From contig CATNEN010000038.1 in NCBI GenBank assembly GCA_950097015.1, positions 17,360,001-17,424,000 of the forward strand: a stretch of 64,000 bases of DNA. The letters run 5' to 3'. Origin of the DNA: Macrostomum hystrix (lineage: Eukaryota > Animalia > Platyhelminthes). Below, piece by piece: positions 48,266 through 61,246 of the stretch. Under the pieces are notes generated by a model that was not told the origin of the DNA, ran no database searches, and saw only the letters and a program-made list of their open reading frames with translations. Positions within the stretch are counted from its first letter, which is position 1. The number at the start of each line of letters is the position of its first letter. A program made the position numbers and the translations under genes.

Positions 48266-50318
48266 TCAATCAGGAACTTTTATACACATGGCGCCATTTC
48301 GCGGATATAGCAAATTGTCGCCACCCTCGCAGTCGCAACAATGGCCAACTGACTGGGGAACAGCCGACTGATTCTTTGATTCATTGTAGTCCGACTGATG
48401 ACCGAGGAATACAAACTTCTGGTCCAGACAATGCGCAAGATTAGACTGCCGCAGGGCTAGCAGGCCACCGGAAGGACTTGCCGGGCCAACAGCGGCGCTA
48501 CTAGAAGCCGCAGTGACAGCAATCGCCGAAGCAGCCGAAGCGCTCGACGGTCCGTCGTCGTGTCTGTGCGACGAAGACGGCTGAGGCGAATAAGACTGCG
48601 ACGGCGAGGACTGGTGCTGCTGCTGCTGAGACTGCGGTACAATCTTATAACTGACATTAGCATACTCCTGCAATAGAGGACAAGCCTCCAATAGGAACAG
48701 GTAGAACTCTTTGCCGATACCGAACCACCAGATGTTGCACTTGCGACTATAGCAGGCCAGGCAGCACATGGCAGCCAATGACAGAAGCAATGGGCATCCG
48801 GCGGTCAGGTAGCTAATCTGCATTCGTTGGTCCAGCTTTTCGGTTAGCAGTACACAGAAGGCTAGCATTGGCAGGGCGGCCGCAGCGTAGCCAAGAGCGG
48901 TGCGAAGCGACTGCCTAGCTAGCGATCTGGCAGCAGCCTGGCTAGATCTCATCAGTAGAATAGCCAGGATCAGACTGTACACAACTAGGATGATGGCAAC
49001 GCACAGCGCGATCCACAATGGTATTAGTACGAAGCCCCACGACCAAATTATCAGGCCGTCTAATTGTAAAGCCAGGAAGACAAACTGCAGCAGATTGCAA
49101 GCGCAGAATAGTTCGAGATCGCAGGCCCGATCGTGTCTAAGAGACCAGACAACGCCGCCGATGCCAACAACAGCCAGTGCGAGCAGGGGAATAACGGCTA
49201 ATATCCAGCGCAACAGTTTGTACTCCAATCTGAGGCAGGCCAGAATTTCGAATGCGAATAATAGGCCTAATAGTAGAGAGCTGAGTAGCATGGCGCGAAA
49301 CTGAACCAGCTGATCCCAGCGGATGGGGGCTATGGTAGGAACGAATTGTTTGCAGATTTAGGCGAGCTAATAAATACAAATGACTACATATGGCCTTGGT
49401 CAATTGTCTATGGTCTATGGCCTTGGTCTATGGTCTATGGTCTATGGCCTTGGTCTATGGTCTAAGGCCTTGGACGATAATCTTTGGCCTTGGTCAACGG
49501 TCTATGGCCTTGGTATATAGTACTTAGTCTATGGCCTTGGTCTATAGTACTTAGTCTATGGCCTTGGTCTATAGTACTTAGTCTATGGCCTTGGTCTATA
49601 GTACTTAGTCTATGGCCTTGGTCTATAGTACTTAGTCTATGGCCTTGGTCTATAGTACTTAGTCTATGGCCTTGGTCTATAGTACTTAGTCTATGGCCTT
49701 GGTCTATAGTACTTAGTCTATGGCATTGGTCTATAGTCCTTAGTCTATGGCATTGGTCTATAGTACTTAGTCTATGGCCTTGGTCTATAGTACTTAGTCT
49801 ATGGCCTTCGTCTATAGTCCTTAGTCTATGGCATTGGTCTATAGTCTATGTCCTTGGGCTGAAGTCTTTGTCCTTGTTCTATGGTCTATGGTCTATGGCC
49901 TTTTGAAGCCTTTTTAACAGCCCTAAATTTCTATCCCAGCTAATGCTTTTACCCATTCTGCAAGCTGGGATATAAAGGGCCAATTTGTTTCCCTTTTACT
50001 TAGATACGAACCCATAACCTCTCGTGCTAAAAATGCATACCTTAATAATGTCGAGCGTAATTCAACGAGCAAATCAAATAATTACTAGGAATGTTTTACA
50101 CCAAATGACTTACCAATTTTTCTATAGCGTACGCAGCCCAATACGCAGCCAATCACTACACCCAGTTTCCATAGCAACAGAGGGCAGAATACAAGCCACC
50201 AACTGCAGTGAATGGAATGATCTAGCCTGAGGCAGAGCAGCAGGCTAAATAGCAGCACGCTAGCGTAGGCCAACAGTCGCCAAGGATTCAGGCTCTCTAA
50301 TAGGCCGCGCATCTTCAT
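48266..50318 (-). CDS. TMEM185: Transmembrane protein 185 family; exons 50318-50114, 49329-48266
   Basis: N-terminal MRGLL..LNP.RLL.YA.VLLFSLLL.LRLD..I..SWW.VF.PL.LWKL; VQFRAML; HDRACDLELFC..N.LQF.F.AL.LD; NIWWFGI.KEF..FLLE..P.L.EY.N.SY; C-terminal IKVPD. The exon 2 acceptor was chosen by phase. Confidence 0.9.
49388..49900. repeat. 27-bp minisatellite (TCTATGGCCTTGGTCTATAGTACTTAG), TMEM185 intron
   Basis: Tandem copies. Confidence 0.95.
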
Positions 50319-50496
50319 GACCAGACAGATGCTTTGCTTGATAATCTATCAAGGACGGATGAGTACAGACTGATTGGGATCACGCCATCTGGAAAAAGTG
50401 AGTATTTTTTATATTGAAGTATAAAAATAGACTATTGATAATAAGTACCCAGCTACCTATTTAACAACTAGGTGAACTACAGCTATGCAGAGTTTT

Positions 50497-52072
50497 ATCA
50501 ATCCACTGATCTTACAATCAATCCATGGATCTCACAATCAATCCATGGATCTCACAATCAATCCATGGATCTCACAATCAATATACTGATCTTACAATCA
50601 ATCCATGGATCTCACAATCAATCCATGGATCTCACAATCAATATACTGATATCACAATCAATCCATGGATCTCACAATCTATCTACTGATCTTACAATCA
50701 ATCTACTGATCTCACAATCAATCCATGGATCTCACAATCAATCTATGGATCTCACAATCAATATACTGATATCACAATCAATCCATAGATCTCACAATCT
50801 ATCTACTGATCTTACAATCAATCTACTGATCTCACAATCAATCCATGGATCTCACAATCAATCTATGGATCTCACAATCAATCCATGGATCTCACAATCA
50901 ATCTATGGATCTCACAATCAATCTATGGATCTCACAATCAATCTATGGATCTCACAATCAATCTATGGATCTCACAATCAATCTATGGATCTCACAATCA
51001 ATCTATGGATCTCACAATCAATCTATGGATCTCACAATTAATCTACTGATCTTACAATCAATCCATGAATCTTACAATCAATCCATGGATCTCACAATCA
51101 ATCTACTGATCTCACAATCAATCCACTGATCTTACAATCAATCCATGGATCTCACAATCAATCCACTGATCTTACAATCAATCCATGGATCTCACAATCA
51201 ATCTACTGATCTTACAATCAATATACTGATCTTACAATCAATATACTGATCTCACAATCAATATACTGATCTCACAATCAATCCATGGATCTCACAATCA
51301 ATCTACTGATCTTACAATCAATATACTGATCTCACAATCAATATACTGATCTCACAATCAATATACTGATCTCACAATCAATATACTGATCTCACAATCA
51401 ATATACTGATCTCACAATCAATCCATGGATCTCACAATCAATCTACTGATCTCACAATCAATCTACTGATCTTACAATCAATATACTGATCTCACAATCA
51501 ATATACTGATCTCACAATCAATCCATGGATCTCACAATCAATCTAGCGATCTCACAATCAATCTATGGATCTCACAATCAATCTATGGATCTCACAATCA
51601 ATCTATGGATCTCACAATCAATCTATGGATCTCACAATCAATCTATGGATCTCACAATCAATCTAGCGATCTCACAATCAATCTATGGATCTCACAATCA
51701 ATCTATGGATCTCACAATTAATCTACTGATCTCACAATCAATCCACTGATCTCACAATCAATCTACTGATCTCACAATCAATCTATGGATCTCAAAATCA
51801 ATCTATGTATCTCACAATCAATCAATGAATCTCACAGTTAATCTACTGATCTTACAATCAATCTATGGATCTCACAATTAATCTACTGATCTTACAATCA
51901 ATCTAGCGATCTCACAATCAATCTATGGATCTCACAATCAATCTAGCGATCTCACAATCAATCTATGGATCTCACAATCAATCTATGGATCTCACAATCA
52001 ATATACTGATCTTACAATCAATCTATGGATCTCACAATCAATCAATGAATCTCACAGTTAATCTACTGACCT
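50497..52072. repeat. 20-bp minisatellite (ATCTATGGATCTCACAATCA), ~78 copies
   Basis: Exact 20-bp register with several interspersed variants. Confidence 0.98.
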
Positions 52073-53664
52073 TAAATTTACTCTAAGCATACACTATAAT
52101 CCCTGTAATTTAATATCACTCTTGTAATTTACTTTATTAAATATTCTTATCTTCTTTCTTATTTTGTGCTTATAAAAAATGAAGTTAATTTATAATAGAC
52201 AGAATTATCGGAATTATATTTTCGACAAACATAAAAACATCGTGAAGATGAGGGACGATCACAACACAACCAGGCAGAACAATTTCATACCAGAATGAAA
52301 ATCTGTATGGTATATATCTGTGTACAATAATTTTTTTATAAACTTTAGTAAACTAGAACAGATTCAAACAAATTAAAACCCTACGACGACATACATAAAC
52401 TATTATAAATAAGTGATTAACAACAAGAAGGGGTTGAATTCACTGACGAAAATATGGGGAAAATCTGTGGCGCCATGAAATAATATATTAGTCAATGCCA
52501 GTGCAGGCAGGTACAAATTAATGTACAAAAGAAATACTAATGGAGCTTTGGAAATAACAGATTAACACAAAAAATTGAATCGGAGTTCACTGCAACTTAA
52601 GCATGGACCAAGCACAAGTAATTACAGGGCTCCTGAAAGAAAGAGCCGAGCACAAAGAGACAACTATTCCACCGATTTACATAGAGGTAGCTTCGTCATC
52701 TCCTTAATTATTGGTACCTTTTTAATTGAAGTTATGCTGCGCAGCAAATCGAAGACTGTGTGAGGTACAGAAAATTGTTCTCTATTGCACATAAAATAAA
52801 CGTCGACGCCTTTCATACACACTACTAGATGCAAGGCAGATTTGTAGTATAGGTGAGCACACGGAAGATAGGGGCAACTTTGTATTTCCCTGAAATAAAT
52901 CATTTGACGACGCGGAAAGCATCAATCTTCATCATGTTGATAAAGAAATAGAATTAGGAAAGACTGCTTTGACAAACGCCACATGGATATGTACATGGTA
53001 TGAGCGACGGATCAGCGGCAATAGACAACATTATTGCTTCAATGCAAGCTAGTAAATCAACTCTTTTAAAAGCAATAATTAGAGAGAAGCAAGCATTCTG
53101 ACAAGAAACGATATAAAGTTGTATTATAAATTTTAACTGAAAAAATTATACCTCAAAAGGGCCGTTTTAAAGCACTAACACTGTTCTTGCTCAAAATGCT
53201 ACTGATGCAACTCAGAGCAGATTGTACTGTTTATTTATTTCAACAATTTTTACAATTTATGAACGAATCCACTTGTTTCTATTTTTTAATACCAAATTAA
53301 CTTTTTAATTTAGAGAATTAAGACCCTTAAATACACGATTTCACTTAAATTTACAATTATTGCCTAAAACAAGGAGAAGCTTCTAGGCAACAGTTAAATT
53401 CTGAAGTACAGCATAATTGTAGCATAGAAAAATCTGTTAGCTTTGATTCCTGCGGCAACTAAAATCAAGGAAATTTGAAGACTACTTCCGTAAATGTGTG
53501 ACAGGTCATTTTGCAGTACAAATAAAAAACTTTGGTTTTACAAAACAATCACAATATATGGGCTTCTTAAAGCCATATACGTCTCAGTCGTTGGTGAAAT
53601 TAGTCAGACATTTTACAACCTCAATAAATCGATAATTTCCTGTTTACTATTAAAGTAAACATTA

Positions 53665-54663
53665 AGCCAGCCATTTCACACCCTAAAACCCAGAATATTA
53701 GCCAGCGACTTCACACCCTCAAACCTAGGCTATTAGCCAGCGAGTCCACACCCTCAAACCTAGACTATTAGCCAGCGAGTCCACACCCTCAAACCTAGAC
53801 TATTAGCCAGCGAGTCCACACCCTCAAACCTAGGCTATTAGCCAGCGACTTCACACCCTCAAACCTAGGCTATTAGCCAGCGACTTCACACCCTCAAACC
53901 TAGACTATTAGCCAGCGAGTCCACACCCTCAAACCTAGACTATTAGCCAGCGAGTCCACACCCTCAAACCTAGACTATTAGCCAGCGAGTCCACACCCTC
54001 AAACCTAGACTATTAGCCAGCGACTTCCACACCCTCAAACCTAGACTATTAGTCTGCGACTTCCACACCCCCAAACCTAGACTATTAGTCTGCGACTTCC
54101 ACACCCCCAAACCTAGACTATTAGCTAGCGAGTCCACACCCTCAAACCTAGACTATTAGCCAGCGAGTCCACACCCTCAAACCTAGACTATTAGTCTGCG
54201 ACTTCCACACCCCCAAACCTAGACTATTAGTCTGCGACTTCCACACCCCCAAACCTAGACTATTAGCTAGCGAGTCCACACCCTCAAACCTAGACTATTA
54301 GCCAGCGAGTCCACACCCTCAAACCTAGACTATTAGCCAGCGAGTCCACACCCTCAAACCTAGACTATTAGTCTGCGACTTCCACACCCCCAAACCTAGA
54401 CTATTAGTCTGCGACTTCCACACCCCCAAACCTAGACTATTAGCTAGCGAGTCCACACCCTCAAACCTAGACTATTAGCCAGCGAGTCCACACCCTCAAA
54501 CCTAGACTATTAGCCAGCGAGTCCACACCCTCAAACCTAGACTATTAGCCAGCGAGTCCACACCCTCAAACCTAGACTATTAGCCAGCGACTTACACACC
54601 CCCAAACCTAGACTATTAGCCAGCGACTTCCACACCCTCAAACCTAGACTATTAGCCAGCGAG
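53665..54663. repeat. 35/36-bp minisatellite (TATTAGCCAGCGAGTCCACACCCTCAAACCTAGAC)
   Basis: Tandem copies starting ~25 bp after the PNPLA stop. Confidence 0.97.
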
Positions 54664-54686
54664 TTCTAAACAGTATTAAAGTGAAC

Positions 54687-57600
54687 TTATTCTAAACTAG
54701 GCGCTTCCGCATTCAGATCCGAACTGTCGTCCTCCTGTTCTGGCTCCTCGTAGAGGTAGAAACGCACCAGCCTGTTAGCCCGCTGTTGATGCACCAACAG
54801 TGCTTGATCTATTGTATCGTGAGCCTCTTCTTCGCCTGGCCGATAATCTAATTCGTCGGTTAGCAATTCTCGCAGTTCACCAGCAGATTGATGAGTTCGA
54901 TTCGGCCAACGATTCGACAGCCTGCAACGCGGCCGATGCTGATGCCAGCGAGGCGATCCGGTTGAATCAGTTTGGCCAGCTTCGCAGTCATCAGCGGTAG
55001 AGGCGGCCTCGGCGGAAGCGGAGGCATTGCGAGTAGCAGAGGGCCGGCCGCCAATCACTCGATGCCGGAATCGATCTAGAAACGCGCTACTCTGAGCTCG
55101 CCTGAGGCGTACAGTCTCAGTGAAATTGCGCAAATGCTGACGAGTCTCTCCCAATGCGGCATTAGCCACCTCGGGCAGGAGAGGCAGGTAGCGAAGTAGA
55201 CGCTTACAAAGCAGGTAGAGCACATCAATTGGCAGTGTGTAGGGTTGAATTAGTAGGCGAACAACTCGAACCATTTGGCTATCGTACAGTCGGCGTAACA
55301 GAGTCTTCTGTTGGGCCCGTTGCAGGGCTTCCAGTACTGAAGGCGGCAAACTGTTTTGAATGCCTTCAGCTAGGACAGATCGCATCTCGAGAGCCTTAGT
55401 GTGGATGATAAATAATAAGTTAGTGTCAGTAGAAATAACTGTTGTCGGGTTTATGCAAACCTCCATAAAATTTCCCATACTGTTCACTGCTTACTGCTCA
55501 TTCTGCCCTATGCTTTCCTCTGGCCTAGCTCGCACTTGATTCTAAAAATAGCTCACTCTGTGTCTCCCTCCATTTGTACGCACCCTCACTCCCCTTCTAG
55601 AACACTCTATGGCAGGGGTAGGCAAACTTATTTGCTGGCGGGCCAAAGAGAGAACCTAAAAGACGACAGCGGGCCGCATTGACTGTATAAATATGAGATA
55701 GGGGAGAGATGAGACACGGGAGAGATAAGACGGGAGAGATTAGACACGGGATAGATTAGACACGGGAGAGATGAGACGCAGCAGAGATAAGACACGAGAG
55801 CGATGAGACACGGGAGAGATTAGACACGAGAGCGATGAGACACGGGAGAGATTAGACACGAGAGCGATGAGACACGGGAGAGATTAGACACGAGAGCGAT
55901 GAGACGCAGGAGAGATTAGACACGAGAGATTAGCCACGAGAGAGATGAAACAGGACACTGTAGATGTCAGAAGGGGCAACGGGCCGGATTTGGGAGCTTC
56001 GAGGGCCGCATCTGGCCCGCGGGCCGGAGTTTGCCGACCCCTGCTCTATGGGCTTTTTCGCGCAACGAAGTTGTTTACTCTTGTTTCACGATCTTCAACC
56101 TTCTGGAATATTCTTCAAGAAGTTTCCGGAAAACCTTACTAGCTTATTTAAGTGTAAGCTGGTAAACCTTACCAGCTCACACAGGGTGTGTACATCTGCC
56201 CTGACTTTCTCATCGTCACTGTGCCTTGGAGGTTGGTCCTCAAAATCGTAAATTGCACGACAAGTCACCAAGCCTTCTTTCCGCAGCTGCGCCCGAAATG
56301 AATGTGGCGTCGTCGCGGAAACGAGCTCATGGACCTTGGTGCGAGAGGCAAACGCGTCAAACGTTCTGCTAATCACCCCACTACTTTACTTTAACTGCTT
56401 ACACTACTTACTTGAAACTACAAATACTACTCACTTTAACTACTAAAACTATTCATACTTGCCGCATCTAGTTATTGATATCAGACAAAGACGTACCTTA
56501 TAATCGTCGTCATAGCCGTCTCTGTCTTCGCCAGTCGAAGCGGCAGCCGCGCTATTGCCCAATTCATATTCTAGCGAGGCGCTGAGCCTGACGTGACTGT
56601 GCCGAACCAGATAATCGACGCAATCGTCGAAGCCGCGCTGACAAATCTGGGCTAACTTATCCGGCCCCGGTGGCCACAGGACTCGAACTAGGCGCTTCCA
56701 GTTGGCCAACGTGATGTCCATATCGATGGAGCTGGGCTGCGGCATCATAAACCAGACCTCGTCCTCCGGCGAGATGTCCGCCAAGCCGGCGAACGGGCTT
56801 ACTAGGACAGTTTGAGCATTGAGTCTGGGCAGGTTGCAAGAGAAGCAGCCGTCCATGAGGCGAACGCCATTTAGTTCGGGAAAGGTCAGGCCGGAGAAGC
56901 CAGGAATGTGCGCGCTGCACATTAGCGCCTGTTGATTGGGGAGATCAAATTCTCTGTGATCCTTATCTCGATAATAAATACCCGCATAATTAATCAACAG
57001 AGGTAAACTGAAGAGGCTTGAGAATCCTAAACTAGAGGTCGGCAGTTCGAATCTTAGGTGCAAGCAACCGCTTTTAAATTGCCATCCATTCTGAGGAACT
57101 TAGTTGCTCTTTATCTTAGTCATTCCATTTGAGAATTCGAATCAAACATTTGATAACCCAATTATTCCATTTGAGGATTCGAATTTGACAATCGATATCC
57201 CAGTTATTTCATTTGAGGATTCGAATTTGATATTTGATATCCCAGTTATTCCATTTGAGAATTCGAATCAAACATTTGATAACCCAATTATTCCATTTGA
57301 GGATTCGAATTTGACAATTGATATCCCAGTTATTCTAGTATTCTACAAGAATCGCTGAATATCTAGACGATGCCGGCTCGGACAGCTTTGAAAGTTAGTT
57401 TGTTGTAAAGGGTGCAAAATTTTGATCCACATAGTGGACTTTGAGGAAAATCGGTCATTCGGTTTGGGAGCTATCGTGAAGTAGGCAGCCCCGTAGTCTT
57501 TCCCCAGGGCTGAAAATAGCCTGGTTTTTCTACTGTTAAAGGTACGTTTCTCACCTGAATAAGATAATCCCGACTAGGAAAATCAGAAATAACTCGATTT

Positions 57601-58160
57601 CTCAGCGTCAGAACGTCAGTCACGGATACAAACAGCCTGCCGGAGCAGATGCGATGCGCGTCCATCGGTAGGATATCCTCCAAGCCGGATTTCAGCAGGC
57701 TAGTAATGCTAAATGACGGATGAAACGGGCCCAGAGTTCTAACTGACGCCCTGTCTACTAGGCTAAGAACAAAATTGGCGCATTGGCCGAGGTCGCAGTC
57801 GCACATCAGGCAGCAGGCGGCGAGGGCACCCGCGCTGGCGCCAGCCAGAACCCGATTGGTGTACAGCTGAGGCGCGTACTCCTTCAGGCAGCTGCAGACG
57901 CCGACGTGGTAGACGCCCATGAAGCCGCAGCCGGCGAATGAGAAATTTGGTCCGGCCGATTCCGGTAGAAGAAAATCCGATTCCGACGCATTAAGTCGGG
58001 CTACAGAAACGGACGAGGAAACGCATGGAGCATTAGTTTCTAATGGTAAGGAAACTGACGAGGAAGAGGAGGATTTTGAAGCCTGTTGACTAGCAGTGGG
58101 ACAATCATTGCATCCGCTGTTGTCTTCATTGATTGATTCGTCTAATTGGCGAGACAGCAT
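54687..58160 (-). CDS. PNPLA2: Patatin-like phospholipase, PNPLA2/ATGL (brummer)-like; exons 58160-57555, 56928-56497, 55394-54687
   Basis: NFSFAGCGFMGVYHVGV, GASAG, LGPFHPSF, LP.DAH..CSGRL.VS.T, LIQ-AL.CS..IP.FSGL..P, DG, VSPFAG..DI.P, ..L.PP....L..IC.RGFDD and PYTLP. An upstream coding exon is possible, and the last acceptor (AAG) is weak. Confidence 0.88.
55613..56043. mobile_element. hAT-type MITE with an internal tandem repeat (GAGATTAGACACG.GA), PNPLA intron 2
   Basis: TIRs CAGGGGTAGGCAAACT / AGTTTGCCGACCCCTG; 8-bp TSD CTCTATGG at 55605-55612 and 56044-56051; subterminal GCGGGCC motifs. Confidence 0.92.
56176..56379 (-). mobile_element. SINE family A, 3'-truncated
   Basis: Reverse complement aligns to 60517-60740. 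Confidence 0.8.
57122..57333. repeat. 42-bp minisatellite, ~5 copies, PNPLA intron 1
   Basis: CCCA.TTATTCCATTTGAG.ATTCGAAT units. Confidence 0.9.
57345..57540. mobile_element. Right-end fragment of the MITE-like family seen at 60255-61193
   Basis: Collinear with 61008-61193 and ending TCTACTGTTAA. Confidence 0.7.
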
Positions 58161-58248
58161 GCTGTGCCGTCTCGAGATGGCGCCTGCAAGAGGGGCAGGT
58201 GTGCAATTAGTCTATGGCTTAAACCGCCTGAGGTCTTGTATCAAGCGA

Positions 58249-59386
58249 CTGGGAGAGTGGCTGATGAACTTGACGATCTGGGAGTGTGGCTGATGAAACT
58301 GGGGATCTGGGAGAGTGGCTGATGAACTTGACGATCTGGGAGTGTGGCTGATGAAACTGGGGATCTGGGAGAGTGGCTGATGAACTTGACGATCTGGGAG
58401 AGTGGCTGATGAAACTGCGGATCTGGGAGAGTGGCTGATGAAACTGGCGATCTGGGAGAGTGGCTGATGAAACTGGGGATCTGGGAGAGTGGCTGATGAA
58501 ACTGGGGATCTGGGAGAGTGGCTGATGAACTTGACGATCTGGGAGAGTGGCTGATGAAACTGGGGATCTGGGAGAGTGGCTGATGAACTTGACGATCTGG
58601 GAGTGTGGCTGATGAAACTGGGGATCTGGGAGAGTGGCTGATGAACTTGACGATCTGGGAGAGTGGCTGATGAAACTGCGGATCTGGGAGAGTGGCTGAT
58701 GAACTTGACGATCTGGGAGAGTGGCTGATGAAACTGGGGATCTGGGAGTGTGGCTGATGAAACTGGGGATCTGGGAGAGTGGCTGATGAACTTGAGGATC
58801 TGGGAGAGTGGCTGATGAACTTGTGAGATCTGGGAGAGTGGCTGATGAACTTGACGATCTGGGTGAGTGGCTGATGAAACTGGGGATCTGGGAGAGTGGC
58901 TGATGAACTTGAGGATCTGGGAGTGTGGCTGATGAAACTGGGGATCTGGGAGAGTGGCTGATGAAACTGGGGATCTGGGAGAGTGGCTGATGAACTTGAG
59001 GATCTGGGAGTGTGGCTGATGAAACTGGGGATCTGGGAGAGTGGCTGATGAACCTGAGGATCTGGGTGAGTGGCTGATGAACTTGTGAGATCTGGGAGAG
59101 TGGCTGATGAAACTGGCGATCTGGGAGAGTGGCTGATGAAGCTGGGGATCTGGGAGAGTGGCTGATGAACCTGAGGATCTGGGTTAGTGGCTGATGAACT
59201 TGTGAGATCTGGGAGAGTGTCTGATGAACTTGTGAGATCTGGGAGAGTGGCTGATGAAACTGGCGATCTGGGAGAGTGGCTGATGAAGCTGGGGATCTGG
59301 GAGAGTGGCTGATGAACCTGAGGATCTGGGTGAGTGGCTGATGAACCTGAGGATCTGGGAGAGTGGCTGGTGAACTTCCGGATCTA
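58249..59386. repeat. 29-bp minisatellite (TGGGAGAGTGGCTGATGAAACTGGGGATC)
   Basis: Tandem copies upstream of the PNPLA acceptor. Confidence 0.97.
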
Positions 59387-60254
59387 GGCTTGAAACAAAA
59401 AAGAAACAGTAAAAGTGTTTAAATGAAAATATTTTACTGATATATGATTACATAGATATAACAGAATTAAAGTACAGAAAAGCAACGAACTAAAAAGTAT
59501 GAATATTATACTGGATTTCTAAGTGGCTATTAATTTCTCCTCATGGATGGTCCATGCAACTATTATCAATTTCCTTCACGAAGTTAAACTCGAACAAAAA
59601 ATAAAATAGGATCACTCCATAGAGACGAGAAAGATAAGGGATTTTTTTCGGGAACCTTAAAAATTAAATCTGATTATTTATAGAATTAATTTTACAAGTG
59701 ACGCAATGAATGAGCCCGATTTCACATTACATTGCACTTTTATTGTTACAAGAGCTGGTCAAATTCATTTATAATGAGCTGCTGTTTGTTAGCAAAACAG
59801 TTAAAATTTTGACAATTTGGACGGCTAGAAAATCAGATCGACCATTGTGGCAGATTATTAGTCGAATAAATTGTGTACAGTAATAAACTACTAGATTATA
59901 TTAACTACTAGTTAAACTACTAATTACAAGTAGCAATGCACAGATCTGAAACTTTTTGGTTAGATTATTCGTAAATGTAGAGCTTACTGAAACGAAAAAA
60001 ATAACTTATTTTTAATTTGCTAGTATGGTCTTATTGCTAACCTAAAGAGAACTGTTTTGTTATAATAAAAAAGGATTAATAATTATTGCGATAAATTTTA
60101 CTAGCATTTAAATCACGAATTAATAGATTGAAAATGTAAAGTGCGTTTAAACTACATTGCAAAAGCAACACCTATCTTGCTATGCTTACTCTGATATATA
60201 CTAGCATTATAGCGGTTTACGAGTATTTAAATGACAATTAAACTACGAGTATCC

Positions 60255-61193
60255 TAAAAGTAGAAAAACCACGGGGCCATTTCAAATACCCACATTCTTC
60301 ATATTTCTGTATCTCCTAAAATATTCAACCAATCCCCATGACAATTCAGAACACGGGCTAAAATATTCCGCTCTATCCGATGAAGCAACTTCCAGAATCA
60401 CAAAACATCGGCATCGTCGAGATATTCAACGATTCTCATCGGGGTGTCTGGTGGCAAGAACCACAAAAAGGCAAAAATTTTCTGCTCACAAACATTTATC
60501 ATGTCATCATGTCAGCAGGGGGTCGGTGGCAGAGCGGTTAACGCGTTTGCCTTTCGCACCAAGGCCCCTAAGTTCGATTCCACGGCGAGGCCACATTTAT
60601 TTGGGGCGCAGCCGCGGAGAGAAGGCTTGGAGGGCTTGTCGTGCAATTTACGCCCTTGAGGGCCAACCTCCAAGGCACAGTGGAGTGTACACTGCCTGAC
60701 GATGAGAAAGTCAGGGCAGATGTACACACCTGTGTGAGCGTGTGCCTGTGTACAGTATCTGTGTGCGTGTGTGCTCAGGAGTCAGCGAAATGGGCAGAAT
60801 TGCCTCCTCGCTGGCTGCGGGTCTACTGTCACCAAATGATGTGCCATTGCCCGCAGCCCTCCTGCAATTATTGTTATTATTATCATGTCAGCTACTATTG
60901 ACTATTGTATTGGTTATATTGTTAAATTATACCGTTTTGAACCGATATGGATTCGCTAAAGAGCTTATACAGAGCAATGATATTTATTATTGTAACCAGG
61001 GTCTTCGACAAGAATCGCTGATATTCTCGACGATGCTGGCTCGTACGGTATTGAAAGTTAGATCATTGTAATGGGCTAGAATCACAAAAATCGGTCGTTC
61101 GGTTAGGGAGCTATCTTGAAGTAGGCACTGGGCATTTGAAATGCCCCCGTGGTCTTTCCCCAGGGGAAAAGAGCTTTGGTTTTCTACTGTTAA
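60255..61193. mobile_element. MITE-like DNA element with imperfect TIRs, interrupted by a SINE
   Basis: Left end AGTAGAAAAACCACGGGGCCATTTCAAAT is inverted relative to right end ATTTGAAATGCCCCCGTGG...GGTTTTCTACTGTTAA; related fragments at 16070 and 57345. Confidence 0.6.
60517..60881 (+). mobile_element. Full-length tRNA-derived SINE, family A
   Basis: A-box TGGCAGAGCGG; B-box GTTCGATTCC; (TTA)n tail; 11-bp TSD ATCATGTCAGC at 60506-60516 and 60882-60892. Confidence 0.92.
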
Positions 61194-61246
61194 GGACTGA
61201 AGACCCCAGACTGACTTTAGTGGGAAATTATTTTAACGGGAAAGTG

